Origin: Octopus sinensis
Taxonomy: Eukaryota
Length of the DNA: 64,000 bases
Direction of reading: 5' to 3'
NCBI RefSeq assembly: GCF_006345805.1
Contig: NC_043006.1
Coordinates: 104,346,001-104,410,000, forward strand
In this document: positions 29,880 to 43,589 of the stretch, piece by piece
Layout of the letters: the number at the start of each line of letters is the position of its first letter
Position numbering within the stretch: the stretch's first letter is position 1
The notes under the pieces: model-generated
Seen by the model: the letters and a program-made list of their open reading frames with translations, nothing else
Told to the model about the DNA's origin: nothing
Databases searched by the model: none
Position numbers and translations under genes: made by a program

Positions 29880-31001
29880 CACACACACACGTATGTATGT
29901 ATACATATGTATATATGTATATGAAACACGTGTAGACAAGTTATAAGGTAGTAAGTATTTAAATTGAATTTCTTTTATATGGTGAGATGAAGGGGCCTAC
30001 TATCTCGAAATGAAAATATATATTTTCTCATTGAGAATAATTTTAACCCCTGTTATTCCGGAATTTTTATTCCCTAACTAATAAAATTAAATATATATAT
30101 AATATTATGCGTGTGTGAGTGTGTGTAATTATACATATATACACATATATAGTCATGTGTATATATATATATACACGTGTGTGCTTGTGTGCGTGTGTGT
30201 GTGTGCGTGTGTATGCGTGCGGTAGTGTGTGTGCATATACAGATATGGTCGAACGTATGAGTTAATTATTGAGAAGTTTGCCTGGCAGCTGTCCCGAGCA
30301 GTCAGCTTAGGTCCAACTGCATGCCCACTTGGATAAGGGCCTCTGCAATACGTTTCAATCGATGAATCCTTACGAGTGAAAATAGAAACTCACAACCTGT
30401 TACATAGAATGCACCTGTAATTCGAGGATATAGCTTTGTCACTCTTGTGTCATACTAATTCAAATGAAATAATATAAGCTATCGGAGGCGCAATGGCCTA
30501 GTGGCTAGAGTAGCGGAATCGCGGTCGTTGGATCCCGGTTTCGATTCCCAGACCGGGCATTGTCAGTGTTTATTGAGCGAAAACACCCAAAGTTCCACGA
30601 GGCTCCGGCAGGGGGTGGTGGTGAACATTGCTGTACTCTTCCACCACAACTTTCTCTCACTCTTTCTTCCTGTTTCTGTTGTACCTGTATTTCGAAGGGC
30701 CAGCCTTGTCACACTCTGTGTCACGCTGAATCTCCCCGAGAACTACGTTAAGGGTACACATGTCTGTGGAGTGCTCAGCCACTTGCACGTTAATAAATGA
30801 GCTGCGATGTCACAGGTGCCTAGCTGTATCGGCCCCCTTGCATTTCCCTTGGATATTATCGGTGGCGTGGAGAGGGTATGCGTGGACGACTGCTGGTCTT
30901 CCATAAACAACCTTGCCCGGACTTGTGCCTGGGAGGGTAACTTTCTAGGTGCAATCCCATGACCAGTCATGACCGAAGGGAGTCTCAGCAAACACACACA
31001 A

Positions 31002-31039
<38 letters not shown>

Positions 31040-31522
31040 TCTTGTATCTTTTTACATTTCCTTTTATTCTTTTATGTGTTTCAGCCACAAGGTTGTGGCC
31101 ATGGTAGGGTACCACCAGGTTTATCACCGAAGGGAGACGTTATAGTAACTAGGTTTCCAAGCAGTCGGAATTATAGGTACTGCTAACTAGGCCCGACGTT
31201 GCTAACTCTAGTGATCGAAGGCGAACCGGTGCATTCAATGTGAATTGGCCGTAAGCTATACACACACACACAAACACACACACACACACTCACATACACA
31301 CACACACACGCATATTTATATATACGTATATAAGAAAATGAGATGACAAAGGAATAAATTATCAACTTCCATTAGTTTACAGCTGTTTCCGCAGTAAGAT
31401 GCAGGTACTTCTATCTGAGTACCTGCATAACACCTTATAGCTTCATCGGAGCCTCAAATATATATATATATATACATACATCATACATATAACATACATA
31501 CATACGTGTGTGTATGTATGTG

Positions 31523-31582
<60 letters not shown>

Positions 31583-31819
31583 CACACACACACGTATGTA
31601 TGTATACATATGTATATATGTATATGAACACGTGTAGACAAGTTATAAGGTAGTAAGTATTTAAATTGAATTTCTTTTATATGGTGAGATGAAGGGGCCT
31701 ACTATCTCGAAATGAAAATATATATTTTCTCATTGAGAATAATTTGAACCCCTGTTATTCCGGAATTTTTATTCCCTAACTAATAAAATTAAATATATAT
31801 ATATATACGCACACAAATG

Positions 31820-31850
<31 letters not shown>

Positions 31851-31879
31851 ATATATATATATATATATTATTTTTATAT

Positions 31880-31911
<32 letters not shown>

Positions 31912-31939
31912 TCACACACATATATACATATATAGCATG

Positions 31940-32125
31940 CATATGTATGTATGTATGTTTGTATATAAGTATGTATGTTTGTATGTAAGTATGTATGTAT
32001 GTATGTTTGTGTGTATGTATGTATGTATGTATGTTTGTGTGTAAGTATGTATGTATGTATGTATGCATGTATGTATGTATGTAAGTATGTATGTTTGTAT
32101 GTAAGTATGTATGTTTGTATGTATG

Positions 32126-32156
<31 letters not shown>

Positions 32157-32200
32157 GTATATACGTATGTATGTATATACGTATGTATGTATGTACGTAT
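31940..32200. repeat. Degenerate (TATG)n
   Basis: Direct reading; opposite-orientation (CATA)n tracts at ~34545-34750 and 38215-38290. Confidence 0.93.
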
Positions 32201-32945
32201 GTGGAAACCAAGTCGGTAGAATTTGAGGACGCAACTAAATCGTATAATGCGTTATATATTTTCTGTACGTGTCTTATGGTTATAAATATATTCTTAGATA
32301 ATACTGCAACGTTGCATCATAAAATATTGATTAATTAATGCTATGTTAATATGTTAGTACACATTATGTTATTCAATTTTAAACTATCCCATGATTTCTT
32401 ATCGATTGAAATCGCAAGGAAATGTTTTGAACAACCACGAAAAACTCAAAAGCCGTTATTACTGTAGGCCTTTATTGTGTAAGAACTGCTCGAAGGCACC
32501 AACTCATTACAATGCCGTATACTGGAATCTCTTTGGATAACATAACAGCCTTCTAATTTAGTTTAACAGAGGGCAAAATCTGTGGCGTTTGTTAAAGTAT
32601 TGGCGTCAGTGAGTTGAAATCGTTTTGCTTATGAATGAAAACTAGAACGCAGCCCTGACACGCTGAATGTTTATATAAGGTTCGTAAGTAACTGTAAGGA
32701 TATTATCTTCGTTTGTGGTTCGGTTTTTCCCCATATTTTGGTGAAGAGGGAAGAGAGTGCTCATAACTCCTTACAAGACCATATAGAGTAGTGCGAGGGA
32801 GGAAGGTATCCTCACACAGGAAACCTGGCCTCGATGTTCCAGAAGAATTGAGTCTACTAAATGTATCCGAGGATCAGGCGGTGAGGCCAAACCGGACGAC
32901 GAGTTCAGTCTGCCAGGCAAAACCTTATTCGCAATCATTCTTTAA

Positions 32946-33164
32946 CCCTTTAGCATTTAAACTGGCCATATCCGGCCTAAATATACCTCCTGTTTTATGT
33001 TCTAACCATCCAGATCAAGCCTATCATACCTACTCTTCAATGCCATTATAAAATATACAGTCACATCATCAAAATTTCAGCGCTGCAAAACAATGCAGGA
33101 TTAATTAAAAACAATTTGAATGAAAAAGTGTTACATTTGACGGAATAATCCGAATGCGAAAGGG
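32946..33164. mobile_element. piggyBac-type MITE
   Basis: TTAA TSDs (32942-32945, 33165-33168) with TIRs CCCTTTAGCATT / AATGCGAAAGGG. Confidence 0.85.
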
Positions 33165-33884
33165 TTAAAAATTCTCGGAGACAAGCGACTTGTAATGTTA
33201 TGACATGCATGCTTTTGCAAAGAAACCAACAACATACGATTGTTTATTTCCAACAGAAATATACGGACATTTGGTAGTCAATTGGGGATAGAAAATAATT
33301 GATGCCGATTCGAGAAACCTGGCTCCTTGGTCATCTCTTGGCTGTACTTGTTACGTCGTAATAAGAGTTTATGATGCAGACGATTTGCTTCATGTGTCAT
33401 CTTTGCCTCTCAACAGCTTAATTAATCACTCCATTTTAAACAGAGATCAGAAGATGTACTTCCATGTTGTAACAATACATATATATTTGATATATATGTT
33501 CATTAATAACATTTAACATACCCTGTTGTGAAAAAAGAGCTACAAATTCTAGTCTCAGCAATGAGACAAGCGGTTAGGGAGGTACAGTGTACATTAAATA
33601 ATTATCTCACATTGAATCGAGTATTTTCAAGATGAATGCTTTATGCCATCGATTGAGGAAGACGTTAGACATATATGCTCTGAGCAGTGACCAACAACCC
33701 TTAATCTGTCCGTCGAAAGACTACACACTTCTTTTCTTGCACATCGAAAGTATAGAAGGAACGTTCTTACATCGCTACAGTTCCTTTTCAAAGGTAAGGC
33801 TTTGTGATATTTAAATTTATTTCTACATTTCCGATTCACGGTGAGTTGTGCTACAATCTACCCCTCACCTTTTTCTCTCTCAGA

Positions 33885-34047
33885 TATGGCTCTGTAGTAA
33901 GAAGCCCGCTTCTTAACCTCACGGTTTCGACATCAGTCTAACTGCATGGGACCTTGGGCGCTTATCTTTCACTATAATCCAGGAGCCATTAAAGCATTAT
34001 AAATGTAACTTGTGGATGGAAACTGAAAGAAACCTGTTGGATATATT

Positions 34048-34088
<41 letters not shown>

Positions 34089-34305
34089 CCGTGTGTCGTT
34101 GCGCTTGTATATATCTCTCTCTCGCACCCAACACTTGACAACTAGTGTTAGTCTCCATAACCAAACGGTTCAAAATAAGATATCGAATAAGTATCGGACA
34201 TTAAAGAAAAATGTAAGCACGGGTAGTGATTCGCACTGAAACACTTGAACGCGGTACCACAGTATGGTCGCAATCTAATGACTCAAACCTGTACAAGAAA
34301 AGGAT
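33885..34305 (+). mobile_element. Decayed family E SINE with internal (TG)n
   Basis: Both halves align by eye to the other family E copies. Confidence 0.75.
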
Positions 34306-37034
34306 AAGAGACACAGATATATGCTTACAGTAGAGGCGAAACTCGATCTAGTAAGGAGATTCTCGAGTCGGTCATGGGGCGGTTGCCTTCCCTGTCAGCA
34401 TGTGTATATACATGTGCGCTCCTCTTTAAGAGTATTTTAACTATTATTTCTAGCAATGTAGGTGCTTCGACATATTTAGTCACTCTTAGTGACGATTGAC
34501 TATTTCCTTTATGGTATCACATTGGGCCTGGCTATTTATATTAAATACATACAAACATATATACATACATACATACATACATACATACATACATACATAC
34601 ATACATACATTCATGCATACATTCATACATGCATGCATATATACATGCATTCATACATGCATGCATACATATATACATACATACACATTCATACATACAT
34701 TCATACATACATGCATACATACATGCATGCATGCATACATACATACATATACGCATTCCATTCATATATGCTTACAAACTAATAACAGAAGTGCCAAAGT
34801 GCCGAGTTTGCATTCAATTCCTGAATTGAGAAACTTTCATACCATTCATAGTCACCTTTATTCATAGAAATATTTCTGTCTCTGCCACTTAACGTTACTA
34901 AACATCTGTTATAGCTACCGGAAGATAGTTGTGGTTTGTGTTAAATTTAAGTAATTCAGATGAAAATATTTGAAAGTCTGGCTAATTAGTAATGTTTGGC
35001 TGTAGCACAGACCAAATAATTATAGTTAGATAATTATATTAGAGGTCAGAGCTGTAAGGTTATCATTATTACTCTAACTGATTAAATTGCAATACATTTC
35101 TTCAATTAATCCATATTCTTTAATGAAATTCAATTTTAATAGTATTCAACTTGTCTATTTTCTATAGAACGTCCGACAATGTCATGCACAGATTCCACGT
35201 CGAAAAATGAAAACAAACATTAAACTGCAACATCGATTCTATGTAATTTTTTCTGGCATTGTCTTATACGCAGTTCTTTTCTGTGAGTGGCCACAGACAA
35301 AGAAAGCGAGCGAGAGAAAGGGGGGAGAGAGGGAGGGAGAGAAAGAAATGGAGAGAGAATAGCATCATAACAGACATACTCAGCAAATCAATAATAAATC
35401 TTCAATGCTTGTTTCTAAGCAGAATAAATCGATTTTCTTTGCGAATATTTCTCAGTTAACAAGAAATTTGTTGATTTATCACTACGAAAATTTCTTTTCC
35501 TTTGTAAGAGTATAAAGCTAAATATTGAATCTTGATTTCTTCAGAAATATCAACTCTTTCTATAGAATTTATCGTCAAATGACTTAACAGACAAACTAAA
35601 AAGGAACGATTACTATTTTGTATTTCTTTTTTCAAATTTTGTCTATTTTCTTTTCTTCTTTTTTTTTTCAGTTTTAAAAAAAATTACCTTTTTCGTATTA
35701 GAACATATTCTGACAAATCATTCGTAACACCCTGTCTGGTTGGGGACCACAGAATTCGTATTCCACTATATTGAATGAATGTCAATTCTGCTGAACTTAC
35801 CTCTCTCCCCAAGTAATAATCCCCACCACAAATAATCATAAAAAATAAACACTGAATTCAGTATTGCATGTTTTAAAAGCCACCGTTCATTTTACAGTAT
35901 TATTTCTGCCTTCAGTGGCGATATTTCTTCAACTAAATAGTACCGAATACCAAAGTCGTTTCGCTTTGCAGACACTAGATCTGGCGGACCAAATGGAGAC
36001 AAGTATTCCTAGAAACTCTTTTTATGATTTTGCCGAAGTAAATAAATATAGAATTCAATATATGACAACAAAGAAAGGAAAGGAAATGAAGTTTATCAAT
36101 GTTTGTGTGCAGAAATGTATGGAAAATACTCATCCACCTGATATACAGTCCTGCTAAAAGTCCTTATATTAAAACAGTGATAGAATTTGTCCAAATGAAT
36201 GAATAATATTCTTGAAAAGACTAATGTTTGATAGAAAAATTGCACTGTTTCACCTACAGAAACTTTCAATATATTTCATATCACTAGAATCCATTTGGAT
36301 GAGCGAGTGTATAAACTTGATATGATAGTACAAGAATACAGAAACTTCTATTTTAACTCGGTCTGTTCTGACAAAGTGAAGGAGAAATAATTCACACCGT
36401 TATAGTAAATGGATTCACGAACTTCTTTTACTTTGGCTGAGATAAAAGTTTTCCGAAGATGCATTTTATTGATTAATGGGATTCAAGGTTTATCGATATA
36501 CATTTTACAAGTTAGTGATATATATTTTACAGGTCAGATCATTTATGGGAGCATTTGTCGTTATCTGCTCGGGTCGTTCCGAGCAACCTTCCAAGCAGCG
36601 CTACACATCTCTGCAATATACTTCCTCATCCATCGTGACCATCAAGCATGTGGCCGACCAACACAAATTATCTCCCCAGTTGTATCCCCAAAGAAGGAAA
36701 CATGATCAAACAGTCTAAGCTGAATTCCCTCAACAAATTGAACCGGAGACCGAATCCAACCCTCGAGCATTGCGCTTGACACCTCCTGCATAACACTTTA
36801 TAACTTGGTTGACTCAAATGAAATATGAACGGTAGTTACTGTCTATCGTAAGCACAGCTAAACCGCACTGCTACGGATAGAATACAAGCAACTGACCTCT
36901 GTTTTTTGCATAATAGTTTGTTGCAGGATAATTATCAGTAAAAGTATTCCAAGTAATCAAAAAGTGAAACGAAGTCCAACTGGAAATATATTTTATCAGC
37001 AGAGTGTCCAATTCCAAAGAAGGGAACACCTCTG

Positions 37035-37954
37035 ATTTTCACAGATAATGTCCTATTTCACTCCCAGCATTTAACAAGTGATGGAAATCATTATTAACAG
37101 CAACCCTATCCAATATCTTGACGGTATTTTCGTTTTAAAGCTACGAGTGCGGTTTTCTTAAAATCAGATCAATTGGAGATCTCTCTTACACTGGTCAAGA
37201 ATGAACTCTCACCTTAGTGAAATTTGATGGAAATAGTTTTGTTGCATTGAGAAGCAATTAACTTTTCGACTGTGTCCGGCACGAGAACCTACTCTGAAAA
37301 TAATTTTTCGATTGCATGCATTTGTCTGCAGAGCTTAAAACCGTTGACTGCGTGAGAAATCGTAGAGTCGCGGCGTAGACTAATGTAGCTCACCCCCCCC
37401 CAACTTACCTTCTTTCAAGACTCCTCTTCTGTTTTGTTCCTAACACCTTTCCTCTTATCAAAGTCTTACTTTCCATCACCTTTAGCAAATTGAACCACTA
37501 CATAACATTTTATTCCTTTCCATTTTCGCACACTCAACCAGCATCCGTTATCGAAATCTCTGCTCACTTCCCGAATGTATGGGCTCGAAATACCCCTTTA
37601 AAAGAGACATGTCAAAATTTTTCCTTGGGTATAGATAGATGACTGTGCATGCTAAGAAAAGCATTATCACTCCTTATCACCATACCATGAAGAGCAAGTA
37701 GGTTCTCGTGCCGGACACAGTCGAAAGTTAATTGCTTCTCAATGCAACAAAACTATTTCCATCAAATTTCACTAAGGCGAGGGTTCATTCTTGACCAGTG
37801 TAAGAGAGATCTCCAATTGATCTGATTTTAAGAAAACCGCACTCGTAGATTTAAAACGAAAATACCGTCAAGATATTGGATAGGGCTGCTGTTAATAATG
37901 ATTTCCATCACTTGTTAAATGCTGGGAGTGAAATAGGACATTAGCTGTGAAAAT
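37035..37954. repeat. Long inverted repeat, ~258 bp arms (37035-37293 / 37697-37954), ~400 bp spacer
   Basis: Arms differ at only a handful of positions; right arm ends at a (TA)n tract. Confidence 0.95.
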
Positions 37955-38115
37955 ATTTATATATATATATATATTCAAAATGTGACCGCATGTGTACCGT
38001 TGGCGACTTTTTTTCCTCCGTCTTCCCTTCCTTCCCGAGCGTCCATTAACACTATACTTGTTCCACGTCTTCGCGTTGTTGTGTTTTCTCTTTGTGTTTT
38101 CATGTTTGGATTAAC

Positions 38116-38163
<48 letters not shown>

Positions 38164-38180
38164 ATATATATTATATATAT

Positions 38181-38216
<36 letters not shown>

Positions 38217-38258
38217 CATACATACATACATACATACATACATACATACATACATACA

Positions 38259-38319
<61 letters not shown>

Positions 38320-38404
38320 ATGCATAGGCCACAACAAAACAAAGGCTAGTCAACTGAATTTCATGAAGTCACTCAAATAGTACTTTAGCTTCTGGCCCTC
38401 TGAT

Positions 38405-38710
38405 GTATGATTTCCTCTCTTACCTTCTGTTGCTACTATAATGTCCGTGGCTTATTGTTATTGATTGATATCATATCATCTACCCTCTGGTGGTCTCGAC
38501 TCACTCGTCTCTTCCCTGCTGCCAACGTTCATATTGCACCCAACTTCAGGATCCACTCTAACCATGGCCTCCACTGCTTTCTACCTAGAACTTTCAGTCT
38601 CTGGAACCCCGTCCGTACAAATGTTTCTCTGGCAAGCATCATACTTGCAAAAACACAAGAAGAATACTCTCAGATTATGGAAGAGCCTTTGACGGTCATC
38701 TACGTAGACT
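38405..38710 (+). mobile_element. Decayed CR1/Jockey-group LINE 3' coding end
   Basis: SLTFCCYYN..RLTR..HCFLPRTFSLWNPV resembles the SFFPRT..LWNxLP C-terminal motif. Confidence 0.55.
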
Positions 38711-39920
38711 CCCCTTATTGACCATACGAACTTTTTAAAATAACACTAAAAATAATCGATATCTTTTGACTGCACTTTTGCTTTTAAAATTTTATGTATT
38801 TCCTAAAGTAAGTAACTTTTCTACAATTTTTATTTGAAATTTTATTACCAAACTCATTGAAATAACTAGAAAATTAAGAAATGTTATAAATAAGTAAAGT
38901 ACCGTTTCTTGTGCTTTAAATTCCGTGTAAAAGCTATTTTGAAACGATTGATTATAAAATACGAAAACCAGTCAATAGACGAGGCAGAAATAAGAAGCAT
39001 GTAAAAATAGTCTGTTAGATATTAACACTTTCTTCACTGCATCCGGTTATTACCGGAAATCGACACCATTGGCAATATCCTATAACAGGAAAATAGCGGC
39101 TAACCATTCTCGACCATATAACTGCTTTCCTAAAGATTTTTGTTAGCACCATTAAAACTAACTTGTGTAGGTAGTAATGTATTTGCATTCATATATGTAA
39201 GTCGCAATATTCCTACATAGATAGACTTAGGATTGTCTCACATATTGTCTATAAAGTGTTTTTCTAATTTCCTTTTCCATTTTCAATCGTTTTTCTGAAA
39301 TGTATATCCACCGAACGTATCAGGTTGCTTCGATGGAAATATTAGCACTAAATATAGAAAGCTTTTCAGGATATGAATAATAAAAACAAATTAAGAAAGT
39401 AAAAGATTAAATGCTTATTAACTTTATACTTTAGTGGTTAACTTGGACATATAACATTTTTAGGAATTAGCTTGTGTAGTACAATATATATATATATAAT
39501 AATATTTTCTTTTTTTTACTGTTTATATTCTGTCTGGAGGAAGGATTTGCAATTCCAGAAGACCGATATTCTAACAAGAAGTATTTGATGTGTGACCCGA
39601 AATGCTGGGCCCAATACAGATAACGAGAGAATGATGAACAAGGCTGCTACTGTTTGCAAGCTAAGCAATTGGCAATCGGTTCCATGTTATCATTAGTTGT
39701 GGCTATTATATTTAGTAGGATGCTGCAAGGAGAAAACGATAATATTCTGGGACACGCTTGAAAAGCATGGCACTCGCCTGATTGACAAACCTCCATTCAT
39801 CAACGTTGTGTGTACAAATATCAAGCATTTAGACACTGTCCTTCTATTATTCATTCAACCGCTACTTAAACGATCTCTGTTCTCCCGAAAGTGCCAAACG
39901 TAAACTCTTTTGATTTATCT

Positions 39921-40355
39921 CAAGGCGGCGAAGTAGCCTAATCGTTAGCACGCAGGACAAAATGTTTAGGGGACATTTCGTCCGTTCTTACGTTCTGAGT
40001 TCAACTTTCTTCCTTTCGGGGTCGATAAAATAACTACTAATTGAACATAGGGGGCGATGTAATCGACTTAACCCCTCCCCTGCATTTGCTGGCCTTGTGC
40101 CAAAATTTGAAAGAAATATATCAATTGTTCAAGAACGGCAGACTGGCAGAATCATTAGCATGTCGTATAAAATGCTTAGCAGCATTTCGTCCGTCTCTGC
40201 ATCCCGAGCTTCAAATACTGCCCAAGTTAACTTTCTTTTTCATCCCTTCTAGGGTGTCAATAAAAGAAGCACCAGTTGCACACTGGGGTTAATACAATCG
40301 ACTTAACCCCGCTTCAAATTTGCTGGTTTTGTGCAAATATTTATAATCAAAATAT
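39921..40355 (+). mobile_element. Two head-to-tail decayed family A SINEs (39921-40120, 40130-40355)
   Basis: Each has head, GGGGTCGATAAAA body and GGCCTTGTGCCAAAATTTGAAA-type tail. Confidence 0.8.
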
Positions 40356-40714
40356 ATCAACTGCATACATCCATTATGTGATAAGGTGTCAAAGATAAAG
40401 TAATTTCTTCTCGATGTCTCCTCTATAAAAGTGATGCCGGTGGTAGTGGTGATGGCCCCGATGGAGAGACTGGAGTGGTAGTGGTGGTGATGTTGATGGT
40501 ATTGAGATTAGGGTCGTTTCGGGAATGATGGTTGGTAATATCGGTCGTTGGTGGGTGGTATTATGATTATGGTGGTGGTGTCATTGGTGTGAGGGAGTTG
40601 ATGTTGATGGTGATTATAAGTAGTGCTGTTATTCATGTTGGTCACTTATCTCTACATCTAGCCAAGAATAAGTCCATTTATTGACAAAACAAGGCAGCAG
40701 TATACCTAGATTGA

Positions 40715-41125
40715 ACAATATGAGGAATTATATAATCAGGACAATTAAGAAATGGTATGAATATCGATTAAACGTAGTCACTGATAACAATGATGTCATC
40801 CATCTCTGGTGTATGTTCATTCACACTGAGAGTGAGATAAAAGCTAACAAGCCTGACATTGTTACAAAAACAATGAAGGACAATAAGAAAAAAGAGGTGT
40901 ATAGTTATCCACGTTGCAAACGAAACACCTCCTGCTGACAGATTCCCAAAACCTAGGAATCAAAATCAGTAGGGTTTAGAATATGAAACCGAAATAATAC
41001 AAGTGACCTTTGGAGCACTAACACTCGTGAAGAAGCGAATGGAGAAGTTCGCCAAGTGTATCCCGGATGTCAGCAATAGTTATGCAGCCCTGGATTTAGC
41101 ACGACATACATAAGATCTCATATTG
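40715..41125 (+). mobile_element. Decayed RLE-type (R4/Dong-like) endonuclease fragment
   Basis: KKWYEYRLNVVTDNNDVIHLWCMFIHTESEIKANKPDIV and downstream EIIQVTFGAL. Confidence 0.75.
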
Positions 41126-41424
41126 CGAAGTGAGGTGTGAATCAAATAAGATCTTCCAATACGGCCTTGGGGCCATGCTTTGGGCACGGCCCTTGGGATG
41201 TAAAACAGAAAGTACAATAAGAGTGACATCTACAGCAACAGTAATAGTCCTACCATCGACAATATATAACATTTCTGATAGTTATTCGATATACTTACTG
41301 TCAAATAAATTCACCATAAAATGTCCTTTTGAACAAATATCTAGGCAGTTATTTATTGGAGTGAGATTTGGAGTGGGATGTAAAAAGCCAGAACAAAGAC
41401 CGTAAAACAATTTTTCCGACGTTT

Positions 41425-41712
41425 TTTACTATGTATGATGCGCAGTTGAGAAAGACACCAACTGCTCTGCCTGCAATACCAAGGCCGAACTGGTGGCCAA
41501 CATCAAATAGGTGTCCAAACACATTCCCTAGGATACCATGAAGAATGCATTCCGGAGATGTCTTGCAGATCCTGGTGGAATCTACTTTGAGAGTAAACTG
41601 TTATATCCCAGCTATAAACTAATTGATACTTTTTGATTCTTTAAAATATTTCGATTTTGGGATTTGATATAGTAGTTTGTTTTCTTTTATGCAAACTGTC
41701 AAATTGAGCCCG
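41425..41712 (+). mobile_element. Tc1/mariner-superfamily transposase 3' remnant (maT/DD37D-like)
   Basis: YYV*CAVEKDTNCSACNTKAELVANIK*V..DTMKNAFRRCL..GGIYFE. Confidence 0.65.
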
Positions 41713-43589
41713 ATTTGTTAGTATATTGATTACCGTTTTTGCTGTGTAAGGAACACACTCTTGCATAAGACAAAACTCAAATTTTTGTGGAAGAAATATA
41801 TATTTTATCATACAGTCATACATTCGGTTCCTTTTCGTAATAAAGTCGCATTAGACGCAGAGAGAATGTTTATTACATCTAAGAATGATAATTTTACAAA
41901 GCGTGTATGACGCATTAGCATATACGATAAACACGCCTTTTACAAATAGAGGTCAATAATCAGAACTGTTACCTCTGGCTTATCGTAGAAATATTTAGAT
42001 AACAGATGAAAGTCATTTTTCAGATGTGGCCCATAAAAACCTGTCTCTCTTAACAAAGAAGTCATATATTCCGACGCATATACGTATAAGTAAAGTAATT
42101 GCCATGTGTGGAATGGATTGAAAAGTAGAGCTAAATACTTAAGTCGTTATTCTTGCAGTAGCCAAGCTAATTCTAGGGTCTGTTTTACTAAATAAAGCTG
42201 ACACGAGTTTAATGGTGACTAGGTTGTTTGGGGTCAATCAGCAACTGCAAAACAGATTGTCCATGTAACTATTGTTCAGATTCGTACCACCGCCCCATTC
42301 TATATCTTAGAAGGATGGCGAGCCACGTAAGAAGCTTTCAATTTAGGTCAGGCTTTCTGATTAATCATAGTTACTTCACTTATATCTAAATGCATTCTTA
42401 ATGAAATGAAATTCTTTGTTCTTAACTTCTTATTTACCATATATTTATTTTTTTAGCATAAAATTAATCCGGTTAATTAATCCACTTAAGTACTTCTGAA
42501 TGAATTAGTAATGAAAAGAGAAATTATACCGTCAATTTAAGTGATTTTTGTTTTTACACTTTTTAATTACGGAATGAAACAACCAAGGTTTCAAAATCGA
42601 TTGTTGCAGTAATTAATATTATTCTCTTAGTGTTACTATGCCACGAAAATTAAATAATTCACCAGATCTCATTCATAGCGATTTATCTTCCGGCTATTAT
42701 TACAAATTGTAGAGTAGCATAACTGTTCTGGCTGTCAAAACTTGCACTGTACTTCTTAGAATGTGAATTTAATTGGCATTATTTCGACACCGTTCGCTTC
42801 TTTGTAGAAATATATTGAAACAAAATAACATGTAGGTGAAGGAGGTAAGTAGGTTGATCAATCTAAATCTGGGTATTGATTAACTAGATTGGCTCAAGGC
42901 TATTCATTCTATAGATGGCATTAAGGTTATGTTGTCGATTGATTTAACCTCAGTACAAGAGAGAGACCCTTATTATTTGCAGAGAATACAAAGGAAAATG
43001 TTAAGCCGATTTCTGGCAATATGTCGAATCTGAAGATAGAAGGACGGAACCAAACACTGAAAGGCATCAGTTCTGGAATTCTATCATTTTGGCATCGATC
43101 TGTACCACAAGAAAAAACAGAAACTTTTGGGTAAATGACGCACAAGATGAAGTCGGCTCTATGGTTTATTTCTGTTGCTTAATCTAAAAGGTATGTTGGT
43201 GAAATTCAGTTCCAGTTGGCTATGAATTCAGTTTGAACATGGTAGTTATTAAATATCGCAAGGTATTACGTCCGATGTGGTGGCCACGTTAACTATTCCA
43301 TCACTTCGACCGAGATACAAACATTGTAGTTGAATATGACTGGTTGTTGTGGTGGTGGAGGTGGTGTTGTTGTTGTTGTTGGTGGTGGTGGTAGTAGTAG
43401 TAGTAGTAAGAGGGACATGCGCTATACCAGCGCGTCGCTGCAGTTAGCATTTGATGGTGATTCTCTACAACCCCTGGAGGATGACACCTCTGCGTCTTGT
43501 TTAGGGAGTCGTTTGCTGATGAAGGTTTTATGACGTCGGAGAGCAAATCCTACCTCGGCTTCTCATTGTCGCCCTTTAAAACACGTGGA

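Larger units (their letters stand above)
28352..31790. repeat. Tandem duplication of a ~1.7 kb unit (28352-30087 / 30088-31790)
   Basis: Near-identical unique, SINE and microsatellite content; junctions in TAAATATATATAT. Confidence 0.95.

Noticed and set aside
29975-30035. Hammerhead-like GAGAT..ATCTC-GAAA followed by palindrome GAAAATATATATTTTC (similar partial motifs at ~5712-5760, ~12385-12425 and ~60695-60722)
   Set aside because: The CUGANGA half is missing or needs two or more changes; may be decayed PLE motifs but cannot be supported individually.
36533-36830. Plus-strand exon candidate after TTTTACAG
   Set aside because: All three frames hit stops before a convincing donor, and no peptide is recognisable.
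40435-40625. GGT/GAT-rich stretch (also 43340-43410) as a His/Pro-rich or Gly-rich exon
   Set aside because: Degenerate trinucleotide microsatellite with no splice or frame support.
43510-43548. TTTG-CTGATGA...CAAA possible hammerhead
   Set aside because: No GAAA segment or stem III.
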